Assembly: GCA_947380295.1 (NCBI GenBank)
Contig: CANCQK010000001.1
Span: 210,144 to 274,143 of the forward strand
Source: Bdellovibrionales bacterium
GTDB taxonomy: Bacteria; Bdellovibrionota; UBA1018
Direction: 5' to 3'
DNA: 64,000 bases
Shown here: positions 30,009 to 39,537 of the stretch, in pieces
Position numbering within the stretch: position 1 is the first letter of the stretch
How the letters are laid out: each line of letters begins with the position of its first letter
Position numbers and translations under genes: made by a program
The notes under the pieces: model-generated
The model's input: only the letters and a program-made list of their open reading frames with translations
Told to the model about the DNA's origin: nothing
Databases searched by the model: none

Positions 30009-31094
30009 ATGAAAAAAGCTTTAATTACAGGGGTTACTGGCCAAGACGGAGCCTATCTTTCTGAATTATTGTTAGCAAAGGGTTATGAAGTCCACGGGAT
30101 TAAGAGACGGTCATCTCTTATTAATACTGATCGAATTGATCACCTTTATCAGGATCCCCATGAAAAGAACGTCCGCTTTAGGTTGCATTACGGTGATCTT
30201 ACGGACTCGACAAATATCATTCGAATTATACAAGAAGTTCAGCCTGACGAGATATACAACCTAGGCGCAATGTCCCATGTTCGTGTGAGTTTTGATACTC
30301 CTGAGTATACCGCAAATGTTGACGGTTTAGGTACATTGCGAATCCTAGAGGCAGTTCGGTTATTGAACCTGACTCATAAGACTCGGATCTATCAAGCATC
30401 TACCTCAGAACTTTACGGGCTTGTTCAACAGGTTCCTCAGTCTGAAAGTACACCTTTTTATCCTCGTTCGCCTTATGCTGTTGCGAAACTTTATGGTTAC
30501 TGGATTACAGTGAATTATCGAGAGGCCTACGGTATGTACGCCTGCAACGGGATTCTTTTCAATCACGAGTCCCCGATTCGAGGTGAGACGTTTGTCACTC
30601 GCAAGATTACCCGCGCAGCGGCTCGGATTTCACTCGGGCTTCAGCAGCGACTGTATCTTGGAAACCTGGATGCAAAGCGCGACTGGGGTCATGCCAAGGA
30701 CTACGTGGAAGCGATGTGGCTCATGCTTCAGCAAGAAAAGCCAGAGGATTTTGTCATTGCAACAGGTGAGACAACCACTGTGCGCGATTTCTGTAAAATG
30801 GCATTTCAAGAGGCAGGAATTCAGTTAGAGTTTCGTGGAACCGGAGTCGATGAGGTCGGATTTTGCACCCAATCTGGACGAGAGTTCGTTTCCGTTGATG
30901 CTAAATACTTTCGGCCCACAGAAGTGGACTTGCTCATCGGAGACCCGTCTCGGGCCCGTCAAAAATTAGGCTGGGAGCCTAAGCAGCGTCTAAGTTCGCT
31001 GGTCAAAGAGATGGTGGCCTCGGAGCTGAACGATTTTAAGGGTGAGCAGTTACTTGAAAAATCTGGATTCAGGGTTAAAAAGTATTTTGAATAG
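30009..31094 (+). CDS. gmd: GDP-mannose 4,6-dehydratase
   Basis: [22 protein letters not shown]... and [10 protein letters not shown] catalytic motif. The track ORF starts 6 codons earlier, at 29991. Confidence 0.9.
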   Translation: MKKALITGVTGQDGAYLSELLLAKGYEVHGIKRRSSLINTDRIDHLYQDPHEKNVRFRLHYGDLTDSTNIIRIIQEVQPDEIYNLGAMSHVRVSFDTPEYTANVDGLGTLRILEAVRLLNLTHKTRIYQASTSELYGLVQQVPQSESTPFYPRSPYAVAKLYGYWITVNYREAYGMYACNGILFNHESPIRGETFVTRKITRAAARISLGLQQRLYLGNLDAKRDWGHAKDYVEAMWLMLQQEKPEDFVIATGETTTVRDFCKMAFQEAGIQLEFRGTGVDEVGFCTQSGREFVSVDAKYFRPTEVDLLIGDPSRARQKLGWEPKQRLSSLVKEMVASELNDFKGEQLLEKSGFRVKKYFE

Positions 31095-31129
31095 TTGCAG
31101 TTGAGCCTTTCAAGCACATTAAGGAGTCT

Positions 31130-32167
31130 ATGACTAGAGTCTCAGTGCTGTTGCCAGTCTACAATGCCGAGAAGTATCTTCAACAGGCTCTGGACAGTCT
31201 CTACTCACAGACTTTGACTGATTTTGAAATTATCGCTGTGGATGATGCTTCAACAGATGGTTCGCTTGCTATCTTAAACAGAAATACTGACCCGAGACTC
31301 AAAGTTCTCCATAATCTTAAAAATAGCCGCATTTCCAATTCTTTAAATCGAGCTATTTCTTCAGCAAGCGGCAAATATTTGGCTCGAATGGATGCCGATG
31401 ATTTGTCTAGGCCTGAACGCTTTGCCAAACAAGTTCAGTTTCTTGATGAGCATCCTGAGGTTGATGTGGTGGGTAGCTGGTATCGGCTCTTTGGTGCGGT
31501 GATTTCACATGTTATGGAAAATCCGATACGAGATGAAGATATCAAGGCGGGGCTTCTGTTTAATTCAGCATTAGGTCATCCCACCGTTATGATGCGGGCT
31601 AGTTCAATCAGTGGTCTCCCCCTCGTCTATGATTCTGAATTTGACCGAGCAGAGGATTTTGAACTCTGGACCCGAGCGGCGAGCATCCTGAATTATTCAA
31701 ACATTCCAGAGGTGCTGCTTGACTACCGAATTCACAAATCTCAGACAGGCAGTCTAAGCGGAGTCTTGCAGCGGGAGATCGCGAATCGGGTAAGACTCCG
31801 TTATCTTCAAAAATTAGGAGTTTCATTGAGTCCGGCTTCGTTTGAAGTTCATCTGAAACTGGCTAATTTCAAGTTAGGTGAACTCAAAGGGACCGAGTTT
31901 TTATCAGTTGATCGCTATTTAGGTGAGATGACTTGGGGCTTGAATGAAAACCCCTCATTACGAACGACTGTTCGGAGGGCTCTGAACCGTCAACTAACCG
32001 ATCATTATTATCGGGATTTATTTAGTCTCCGAGTTCGCAAGTTTGTGAGAGAGCAAGGTCTGCTTGATACAGCTCAGTTTAGCGCTCGGGTAAAGTTGGC
32101 CTTAGCTTGGATCTCAGTAAAAGAATTGCTCAAACGGATTAAAAAAGGCCTGATGTTACATTTGTAA
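31130..32167 (+). CDS. Glycosyltransferase family 2
   Basis: VSVLLPVYNAEKYL...FEIIAVDDASTDGS and a DADD DXD motif. Confidence 0.8.
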   Translation: MTRVSVLLPVYNAEKYLQQALDSLYSQTLTDFEIIAVDDASTDGSLAILNRNTDPRLKVLHNLKNSRISNSLNRAISSASGKYLARMDADDLSRPERFAKQVQFLDEHPEVDVVGSWYRLFGAVISHVMENPIRDEDIKAGLLFNSALGHPTVMMRASSISGLPLVYDSEFDRAEDFELWTRAASILNYSNIPEVLLDYRIHKSQTGSLSGVLQREIANRVRLRYLQKLGVSLSPASFEVHLKLANFKLGELKGTEFLSVDRYLGEMTWGLNENPSLRTTVRRALNRQLTDHYYRDLFSLRVRKFVREQGLLDTAQFSARVKLALAWISVKELLKRIKKGLMLHL

Positions 32168-32174
32168 TGTCTGA

Positions 32175-33128
32175 TCAAATCCTAATCCAATCTGGCGGAA
32201 GTAGGTCTGCATAATCCGAGTGTGCCGCCACGGTCCATTGATTTGGGGCAACAACGGTCCTCGTGCCCTCTTGGGCAAGCCATGCTCCCCACCAACTAAA
32301 GCTACTGTTGGCAATGATGTGTGCCTTACACTTGCTCATCAACTGCAGATCCCAGAGCGCATCTTTTCCCTGGTTGTGTTGAATAAACTGGGTGTCCCAT
32401 GGCAAGCGGAGATTGGTCTGACACCATTCGGGATCATCAGAAAAAACTAAGGCCTTCTGGATTTTCTGTTTTGTGGCTATGATTTTGGCTGCATGGCGGT
32501 AGTAATCTAGGCTACAAACTCCGTGGAATTTTGCTGCATGGGAGTTGGTAATATAATCACTTCGCCTGACATGGATAGAGACGTAGTCCTCCCTGGCTAA
32601 TTCATCGAACAAGTTCTGATTGGCGAGCGAGGGTGCGCTTTTGGGCTTGAATTCTTCGGTGAGCGCCTGAGCAATCGGTTGTAGATAACGATAGGATTGC
32701 CAGTATCCGGTCAATATGACTGGACACTTGGCTGCTTCAAAAAATAGAGGATCGTAGCTAAAGGCTCTTTTCTCGAAGAAATTCTTAAATCGAGCGAAAT
32801 AGATTTGTCGAACTGCGCGATTCAAAAAATGATTTGGCGATACACATGTGAATTGAGGATTTTTGATCACTTGCGCTCTAATCTTTAAAAGATCTAGCTC
32901 GAAGCTCCTGGGAGTATCGGAAACAGATTGTGAAGAATAATAAGCCACATCCAGGCCCAAAGGCATGTCGCTTTGGGTGGAAAGTGCTCGACCGGCTGCG
33001 TACTGGAACATCTGGTTACCTAGGCCGCCACAAAGTTTAGAGATAATCACATTTGCCTCCGTGCGATACGAGTGAATGATTTTTTGACGTGCCGACTCGA
33101 CTTGCAGAGCCAATTGTAGATGCTCCAC
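32175..33128 (-). CDS. Alpha-1,2-fucosyltransferase (GT11 family)
   Basis: IISKLCGGLGNQMFQYAAGRAL N-terminal GT11 signature, HVRRSDY motif II and SSFSWWGAWL motif near the C-terminus. The true start is probably an internal GTG just after the stop of the upstream GT2 gene, not the track start. Confidence 0.8.
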   Translation of the reverse strand: MEHLQLALQVESARQKIIHSYRTEANVIISKLCGGLGNQMFQYAAGRALSTQSDMPLGLDVAYYSSQSVSDTPRSFELDLLKIRAQVIKNPQFTCVSPNHFLNRAVRQIYFARFKNFFEKRAFSYDPLFFEAAKCPVILTGYWQSYRYLQPIAQALTEEFKPKSAPSLANQNLFDELAREDYVSIHVRRSDYITNSHAAKFHGVCSLDYYRHAAKIIATKQKIQKALVFSDDPEWCQTNLRLPWDTQFIQHNQGKDALWDLQLMSKCKAHIIANSSFSWWGAWLAQEGTRTVVAPNQWTVAAHSDYADLLPPDWIRI

Positions 33129-33874
33129 TTATAGCAATTCAATCCTGCTTGCTGCCCGATAAAAAGTTCATAGATTTTTTCACTCACATCAAATTCTCGT
33201 TTGTCGTCATCCTTGCGAATAGAGGTTTGTGGATGGTCTAAGTACGCTAAAAGAGGCTCTGCCAAGAAGGCTACTTTTGTTTCCGAGGCGATCATGAGCC
33301 AAAGCGCGTAGTCTTCTATTGCCTTAAAACTTGAACTCTCCGGAAACTTAGCATCAAGGGCTCTGAGTTCTGAAGACAGCATCATGGAGCTACAAATCGC
33401 TGGATTATGAAAACGGAAGTGATGCCAGCTGAATGTACGATTCGCAGAAAGGTTGAAATAGTTTCCAAGAACGGTACCATTGGTATTAATCCTGAAAGCA
33501 TTAGTGCAAATCGCTTTGATGCCCGTATTGTTCTCCAAGAAATTCACTTGCTTCTCAAGCTTTTCCGGTAACCAATAGTCGTCGCTATCGAGGAAAGCAA
33601 TCCAGTTTCCACGAGAGTTTTTGATTCCAATATTTCTGACAATAGCAGGAAGTCTATTTCTACCACATCGCAGTATTCGGAGTTTCTTCTGTAAAATCTG
33701 CTCAGCAAAATTCGTCTCAAGTGCTTCAATCGAGTCATCCGTTGATCCATCATCACAAACAATGACTTCAAGCGGTTGGAATGTCTGGTTCAATGCTGAT
33801 TGTACTGCTTGCTCAAGTAATTTTCCCCGGTTCCAAGTGGGGATAATAACGGAAATCCGGTACTTTGTTTTCAT
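33047..33874 (-). CDS. Glycosyltransferase family 2
   Basis: ISVIIPTWNRGKLL...EVIVCDDGSTDDS and a DSDD DXD motif. 275 aa. Confidence 0.8.
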   Translation of the reverse strand: MKTKYRISVIIPTWNRGKLLEQAVQSALNQTFQPLEVIVCDDGSTDDSIEALETNFAEQILQKKLRILRCGRNRLPAIVRNIGIKNSRGNWIAFLDSDDYWLPEKLEKQVNFLENNTGIKAICTNAFRINTNGTVLGNYFNLSANRTFSWHHFRFHNPAICSSMMLSSELRALDAKFPESSSFKAIEDYALWLMIASETKVAFLAEPLLAYLDHPQTSIRKDDDKREFDVSEKIYELFIGQQAGLNCYKWSIYNWLCKSSRHVKKSFTRIARRQM

Positions 33875-35076
33875 ATCTTCTTTGATTCCATTAGCCTTAA
33901 GTAGAGGGTTTCATAATCCTGGGCGATCTTTTCCCAAGTAAACCGTTGTTTCCAAGCAATCCTTCCGCTTTGGGCAAGAGAGCTGAGCAGAGGGAGATCG
34001 TACCAAAGATCGGCAAGGATCGCTGCGCTCTCCTTGATTTGAGCGTAGGAGTACCCATCAGCTGAAAACTGAGTGGGCAAAATAACTCCAGCCTGGCTCC
34101 ATTCTACTAATTCTCTTGAATTGCCAACATCGGTCGCTAAAAATGGAGTTCCCGATGCCATTGCCTCGAACAAAACAATAGGTGAACATTCAATATTTGA
34201 CGGGAAAAGGAATAAATCGGCCATTTTGTAAAGATCTACAGTCTGTTTACGATCTAAAGACAAACTTAATACAGAATTCTTTCTTAAGCCAATGGTACGG
34301 AAAAGCGAACTCGAAGTCGCCTTGATTTGGCATAAAGATGCGCATTTTCGTGAAAATGTATTGCCAACAATAACTAATGTCGATTTTGCCAGGTTTGCCT
34401 TTTGGTAAATGTCGATTGCTTCCCGATGGCCTTTTACGCCTGTGTGAGATCCTACGAGTATAATGATTCGATCATGAGCAGGAATGCCCAGGCGCGACCT
34501 CAGTTCTAGTGCGCTTTCATCTGAAAGCGGATCTGCAAACTCAGACTCCGCACAGCCATTTGGTATGACGGAAAAATTCGAGATTCCATGTTGCTTTGCA
34601 AAATCAATATCTCGATAGTTATTAGAAAGGAAAATGAGTTGGTCGTACTTTGTCAGATAGGAAGGGAGTCTTTCAAAGTAATTTCTATAGTTAGATTTGA
34701 AAAGACCTGAGAATCCACACGGCACAAGGACTTTCTTTGACTTAACTTCGTTCAAAACATCAAGTGCAGCGTCGAATGTCCATTGTTGCGCTGCATAGTT
34801 CATCATAATATCAAAATTACCTTTGCGAAGAAAGTCTTGGTAATTTGCGACTTCTCCTTCCATCCCATTAACGAGATTACCAGTAATTTTAAACGGCTTA
34901 ATTTCGACGCCTGCTTCCTTGAGGGTACACCGTTCTGGCAAATAAGACGTAGCAACGGTCACTTCGTGACCTCGCTGAACAAGTTGTTCGGAAATGCGTT
35001 TAACGACCTCTTGGGCGCCTCCCAGGGAGGGGTGATAGTACTCAACGGTGTGAAGAATTTTAAGTTTTCGGTTCAT
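33871..35076 (-). CDS. Glycosyltransferase family 4 (GT-B fold)
   Basis: N-terminal ILHTVEYYHPSLGGAQEV and a C-terminal FLFPSNIECSPIVLFEAMASGTPFLATDVG motif. ATGA overlap with the upstream gene. Confidence 0.75.
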   Translation of the reverse strand: MNRKLKILHTVEYYHPSLGGAQEVVKRISEQLVQRGHEVTVATSYLPERCTLKEAGVEIKPFKITGNLVNGMEGEVANYQDFLRKGNFDIMMNYAAQQWTFDAALDVLNEVKSKKVLVPCGFSGLFKSNYRNYFERLPSYLTKYDQLIFLSNNYRDIDFAKQHGISNFSVIPNGCAESEFADPLSDESALELRSRLGIPAHDRIIILVGSHTGVKGHREAIDIYQKANLAKSTLVIVGNTFSRKCASLCQIKATSSSLFRTIGLRKNSVLSLSLDRKQTVDLYKMADLFLFPSNIECSPIVLFEAMASGTPFLATDVGNSRELVEWSQAGVILPTQFSADGYSYAQIKESAAILADLWYDLPLLSSLAQSGRIAWKQRFTWEKIAQDYETLYLRLMESKKI

Positions 35077-35084
35077 GGAAGCAT

Positions 35085-36896
35085 TTAATTGAGTCTGCGG
35101 TCCAGACTGTATCGGTTTTCGATATGTTTTACCAGGCCCTCTCGGTGAGAGACGATAATTATTGTAGTCTTTCCCTTGAGTTGTTGAATGGTCTGAGCAA
35201 TCTCTTGTTCTGTTTGAGTATCCAAATTTGCGGAGATTTCATCTAAAACGAGAAGGCGCGGTTTAAGTAGGAGTGCCCTTGCAAGTGAGAGTCTTTGCTT
35301 TTGTCCTGTAGAAAGTCCTTCACCATTTTCGCTGATGTTATAGTTTAAGCCGACAGTAGGCTGATCACACCAATCGAGTAGGTGTGCGGCTCGTAAAGCT
35401 TCTCGGATATCCATTTCGGAGAGTTGATGCGGGTTTCCGAAGCTAATATTTTCAAGAACTGTTCCTTCCATGAGGAAGGGTTCTGGGCCGACATATCCTA
35501 CACTAAATGGATTGGCAGAAAAGTAATCATTGGGAGCAAGTTGATTAATTGTGACTTCACCTGACGTAGGCTCGATGACCCCTAAAATGATGGAAAGCAG
35601 GGTTGACTTACCAGTGCCACTTTGGCCGATGACAGCCAAGGCATCGCCTGGGGCAACTGAAAAATTGATTTGTGAAACTACTGGGGTTCCGTTGATGTAC
35701 TCATAGCTTACGCCCTTGAGTCTGATCTCTGGTAGTTTCGCGGAACCCCATGGAACTACAGTCGTTTTTGCGGGAGCTTTCGAAATTTCACCCTCAATTT
35801 TCAAAAAATTACTGCCAGTAAATCCGAGTTTATTGATATCTTTCAATGATTCTCTAATTTCGTCCTGAGTGAATGACGAAAAATATTCGGTCGAATTGAG
35901 GAAGTGCGGAAAACTTTGCGCTAACGCGCCATAGTAGTTTGAAAGTGCTGATAGCGATTGAACGAATCTCAAAAAAATATACAAAAATCCAAGGAACTCT
36001 AGTCCTGAAAGTTGAGGATGCGATTTGTGAATCAAGATCATGCATGCAATGAGCACCGTTCCAAAAAGTGAAGGTAGTGCCGATGTAAGGCTTCCAGCTA
36101 GTCCGATCCGCACCATGAGTGCAGACCGAGCGAATAAATTTCCCTTCAATTTTTGCTGTTCGTATTGTTCAAGTCTTAAAGAGCGAATTAAGAACAAGTT
36201 TCGTAAAGTCCGAACAAGAATTCGATTCCAATTGGTCCACAGCTCTGGAAGTTTTAGGCTAAGCTTGGTCATTCTTTTTGAGGTGACTTGAATGACAATT
36301 GCTACAAAAAGAATGCCGCAGAAACCAAATGAAGTGAGTTTTATGTCTTTTTTAAGTAGCACCGCAAACATTGTAATGGATTGAACGGCAATAGGTACGC
36401 TAGCGCTTAAACTTCGGAAAAATTCTGCTGCCCTTTGAAAAATCTCGTTCGAATACGTATTGAATGAAGTAAGCGAGCCATTTGTCTTGCCTGGCCTTAG
36501 GTGAGCTGAAACCAAAACGAGTCTTAATCTAAGTCCAATGATTTCGTACGCAAAATTAGAACCTTGTTGAATGAGAAACTGAACTGTTGCGCGGGTTGCA
36601 GCCAAACCGATGAGTATAGAAATTAAGGTAATTGTGTTCGGTTGCCAATTTCCCAATTCGAAGGGCAATGAAATATCTTGGCTAGTAATGCCTAAAATTT
36701 TTACAGTCAGGGCGATTGCTACCGATACACCTAATTCAACTATCGCCAATAAAATTCCTGCGGTGCTACTAACGGTGAACCAAAAAAGACCTCGTCTGCC
36801 GATGACGTTGAAAATCTCTAAAAATCGCTTGCGTGCGGTCATGATGTTCCTTTGTTCCCTTAGTCTTATGAATACCGATGTGAAAATAGCCGGCAA
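35085..36896 (-). CDS. ABC transporter, fused permease/ATP-binding protein (type I exporter, MsbA-like). Candidate glycan or lipid-linked oligosaccharide exporter.
   Basis: Six N-terminal TM helices, then Walker A GQSGTGKST, ABC signature LSTGQKQRLSLARAL and Walker B LLVLDE. Confidence 0.85.
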   Translation of the reverse strand: MPAIFTSVFIRLREQRNIMTARKRFLEIFNVIGRRGLFWFTVSSTAGILLAIVELGVSVAIALTVKILGITSQDISLPFELGNWQPNTITLISILIGLAATRATVQFLIQQGSNFAYEIIGLRLRLVLVSAHLRPGKTNGSLTSFNTYSNEIFQRAAEFFRSLSASVPIAVQSITMFAVLLKKDIKLTSFGFCGILFVAIVIQVTSKRMTKLSLKLPELWTNWNRILVRTLRNLFLIRSLRLEQYEQQKLKGNLFARSALMVRIGLAGSLTSALPSLFGTVLIACMILIHKSHPQLSGLEFLGFLYIFLRFVQSLSALSNYYGALAQSFPHFLNSTEYFSSFTQDEIRESLKDINKLGFTGSNFLKIEGEISKAPAKTTVVPWGSAKLPEIRLKGVSYEYINGTPVVSQINFSVAPGDALAVIGQSGTGKSTLLSIILGVIEPTSGEVTINQLAPNDYFSANPFSVGYVGPEPFLMEGTVLENISFGNPHQLSEMDIREALRAAHLLDWCDQPTVGLNYNISENGEGLSTGQKQRLSLARALLLKPRLLVLDEISANLDTQTEQEIAQTIQQLKGKTTIIIVSHREGLVKHIENRYSLDRRLN

Positions 36897-36932
36897 GCAA
36901 AATCATTGAAAGACTGATTTTTATAGGAGTAT

Positions 36933-37679
36933 CTACAGGTGTCTTTTGCCCAGCCAAAATTGTGTCTTCTTCAGAAGTCTTTTCATATTAAAAATGACTC
37001 TCGCAAGCCAATTTTGTTCAATGTCTGCAATTTTTCGCCATTCTTCGCCTCGGTGATTGACCTCATCAATAACTTCACCAATGAATTCATAATTGTTCCT
37101 TTCCGTTGGAAAGGGGCGGCTCTCTGTTTCATATTGAAAAAAACTGTCGTGCACTAGGATGCCGTGCTTTGAAAGGCGTGGGTAGATGAACTCAGCGAGA
37201 AATTGTTGATCCTGGTCATAGGCATCGGCCGGGTTAAATTGAGAAATGGCCGTAGATATGTCACGCAAATGGGTGCTTTGAGCCCCCCACATTCCGCCCA
37301 TCATCAGGCGAGAATGGTAGGGGTGATCTCTCATGATATGCCCCTCTTTGCCGCTTTTAACCCATTCGCGAACTGCCGAGGCCTCTCGTTCAGAAAGTCT
37401 TGAGTCAGTATCGCGCATGATGGCCCTTTCTACGTCGGGGTCAGAAAAAACTTCGAATCTCCAAAACATCCCCCGAGCATCAGGCGGTCTGCTCATCTGT
37501 ATGATCTCAGCTGAATGATTTTCAAGGGCTGAAATAATCTCTTTTGGTACATCGAGAGCGCAATAGAACCTTGTTATCCAGCCTGGATAGAGGCTTTTGG
37601 CAAGTTGAGCATTGGCGATTGCGCCAACAGTGTATTTGGGGTTTTTACCCCAAAGAGCGAAAGAAATTACCTTTTTCAA
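36933..37679 (-). CDS. Hypothetical soluble protein, possible GT-A-type glycosyltransferase
   Basis: 248 aa with a possible DXD-like segment (RDTDSRL). Sits between glycosyltransferase genes and overlaps the upstream gene by 4 nt. Weak. Confidence 0.35.
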   Translation of the reverse strand: MKKVISFALWGKNPKYTVGAIANAQLAKSLYPGWITRFYCALDVPKEIISALENHSAEIIQMSRPPDARGMFWRFEVFSDPDVERAIMRDTDSRLSEREASAVREWVKSGKEGHIMRDHPYHSRLMMGGMWGAQSTHLRDISTAISQFNPADAYDQDQQFLAEFIYPRLSKHGILVHDSFFQYETESRPFPTERNNYEFIGEVIDEVNHRGEEWRKIADIEQNWLARVIFNMKRLLKKTQFWLGKRHL

Positions 37680-38707
37680 TTTGTCCTCAATTCAGATGCT
37701 GATAGGAAGGCCGTCGTCCAGCTGGGTTCATCCTGGGGGGGCAGAAATTCAATGTTGACTCCACAATGTTCGCCACCTTCCCGATGGGGAGGGATGTCGC
37801 TTGCACAAACCCGAGCGCCGGCAAGCGCTGCTTCAATGGGGGGGCGTCCAAAACCCTCATAAAGCGAAGGGAAGAAGAATCCCGCTGTAGACTGGTAGAG
37901 TGCTGTGATTGCATTGTCGGAGAGCTGGGTGAGAGAGATGATTCCTTCTCTATACGGTAGTGGAATATCCTCGAGTCGAACGGAAACGGCGAGAGGCAAA
38001 GGAGCCGACTGAGTTTGCTTACGATAAGCTTGGTAGCACCGTGCCAGGAAAACGATATTTTTATGGGGTTTTGAGTTGGAGATGCATAGAAAAAATTGCC
38101 TGAACTGGAGTCCAAATTTTTCGAGCTCCGATTTGCAGTCATTGGTAGAAAGGTGGATGGGAGGGGGGATTAAATTATAAATCACCTGAATCTGATTGGG
38201 GGGCAGTTTTACCCAATTCTCAAGTTCTGATTTGACAAAGTTGGAGACGGTCAGCAGTTTTTTTGCGCCTTTGATCGACTTTTTTAAAAGGAGTTTGTAA
38301 TAAATTTTCTGAAAGAAATTGCCGTAATGCAGGTGGTTCAGATCGTGAACGGTCTGAACATAGTCAACTCCCAGGTAAGGATAACTCGCAAAGGTTGGGT
38401 TAAAGAAAAGATCTGCTTTTAAGTGTCTTAAGAGGCGAGGTATTCTAAGCCATGACAAGGGGTGATAGCAGGACGTGTTTTCCTCGATGGTTTGAAATCG
38501 ACGTGCTGGTGAGTCGAGTGGACAATCTCGGTGAATGATGCACGTGAGTACTAAGTCTTGGATAGAGCTAATTTGCAGGGTTTTTAGGATGAATTGAGTG
38601 AACGAATTGGCTTCGCCCAATGAGTGGATGAGTCCCTCGGTGTATTTCGATATCCCATGTCCAGTTTTACCGATTGTCCGTGCGTCGATGACAAGTGATT
38701 TCTTCAT
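37676..38707 (-). CDS. Glycosyltransferase family 4 (GT-B fold)
   Basis: FFFPSLYEGFGRPPIEAALAGARVCASD is the E-x7-E region typical of GT4. Confidence 0.75.
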   Translation of the reverse strand: MKKSLVIDARTIGKTGHGISKYTEGLIHSLGEANSFTQFILKTLQISSIQDLVLTCIIHRDCPLDSPARRFQTIEENTSCYHPLSWLRIPRLLRHLKADLFFNPTFASYPYLGVDYVQTVHDLNHLHYGNFFQKIYYKLLLKKSIKGAKKLLTVSNFVKSELENWVKLPPNQIQVIYNLIPPPIHLSTNDCKSELEKFGLQFRQFFLCISNSKPHKNIVFLARCYQAYRKQTQSAPLPLAVSVRLEDIPLPYREGIISLTQLSDNAITALYQSTAGFFFPSLYEGFGRPPIEAALAGARVCASDIPPHREGGEHCGVNIEFLPPQDEPSWTTAFLSASELRTN

Positions 38708-39537
38708 AATGCAGGTGTCTTATTTTGGGGAGCTGGTTGGTTCTTTTTCCACTTCCATGCCCGCCAGAGTCGCACTAAAAAATGAATCTGCAATGGTCCT
38801 AGTAATGATTTCATCTGTACTCGAAATTTCCTGTTTTTTAGTGCGCGGTTGGCATCCTTGTTCCAAAGTTTCAGGCTCTTGAGTGCTCGTTCAACTTCAT
38901 TCAGGGCTCCAAGCTCGTGCTTCCAGGATGCACCGCCCGCGTACATAATTGCGAGGGGCTCTCCATGGATTTGAGCCCCATTAAGTCGGACCTCAGTCGG
39001 GCTTTGATACATTCGAGCAATCAGTTCAAAGTCCATGGCGTAACGGTAGGCTTCATCAAATAGTCCCAGCTTTTCATAGAAGGATTTCCTCACAAAAAAA
39101 GCTGGATGATTGTAGGGCATTGCTTCTGTGATCGAACAGAGGAGAGGTCTGCGGATATTTGTTCCGTAGTCCGGATCAATAAAAAGCATGTCTCCGAATA
39201 CGAATTCAAGAGTCGGGTCTTGCGTGAACGCATCATGAACTCGCGTTAAAGACTCCGGGGAGTAAAAGGCGTCGTCACTGTTTAAGATGGCGATGACGTC
39301 TCCGTTAGCTGCAAGAATTCCTTTATTGAAGGCGTCGCTAATTCCACGATCTTTCTCGGAGATGATTCTGTGTTCTCGCCTGGATTGGGACTTAATGAGA
39401 TCAAGTGTTCCATCCGTACTGAGATTATCGATAAAAATCTGCTCAATATCTCTATGCTTTTGTTCATTGACGCTTTTGAGATTTCTATCAATGTGGACAG
39501 CTGAATTGAAAGTGGTTGTAATGACTGAGATTTTCAT
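38704..39537 (-). CDS. Glycosyltransferase family 2
   Basis: MKISVITTTFNSAVHI...IFIDNLSTDGT and an NSDD DXD motif. Confidence 0.8.
   Translation of the reverse strand: MKISVITTTFNSAVHIDRNLKSVNEQKHRDIEQIFIDNLSTDGTLDLIKSQSRREHRIISEKDRGISDAFNKGILAANGDVIAILNSDDAFYSPESLTRVHDAFTQDPTLEFVFGDMLFIDPDYGTNIRRPLLCSITEAMPYNHPAFFVRKSFYEKLGLFDEAYRYAMDFELIARMYQSPTEVRLNGAQIHGEPLAIMYAGGASWKHELGALNEVERALKSLKLWNKDANRALKNRKFRVQMKSLLGPLQIHFLVRLWRAWKWKKNQPAPQNKTPAL

Noticed and set aside
33001-33180. Apparent 10-nt mismatch between my base-by-base indexing and ORF-track coordinates around 33037-33130 (the printed line at 33121 has only five blocks)
   Set aside because: Most likely a display or indexing artefact, not a frameshift. 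ORF-track coordinates were used for the GT2 and GT11 genes, and derived positions here carry about 10 nt of uncertainty.
36933-37679. Assigning the 248-aa protein to a specific GT family
   Set aside because: Only a weak DXD-like segment is present. It is kept as hypothetical with a low-confidence GT-A suggestion.
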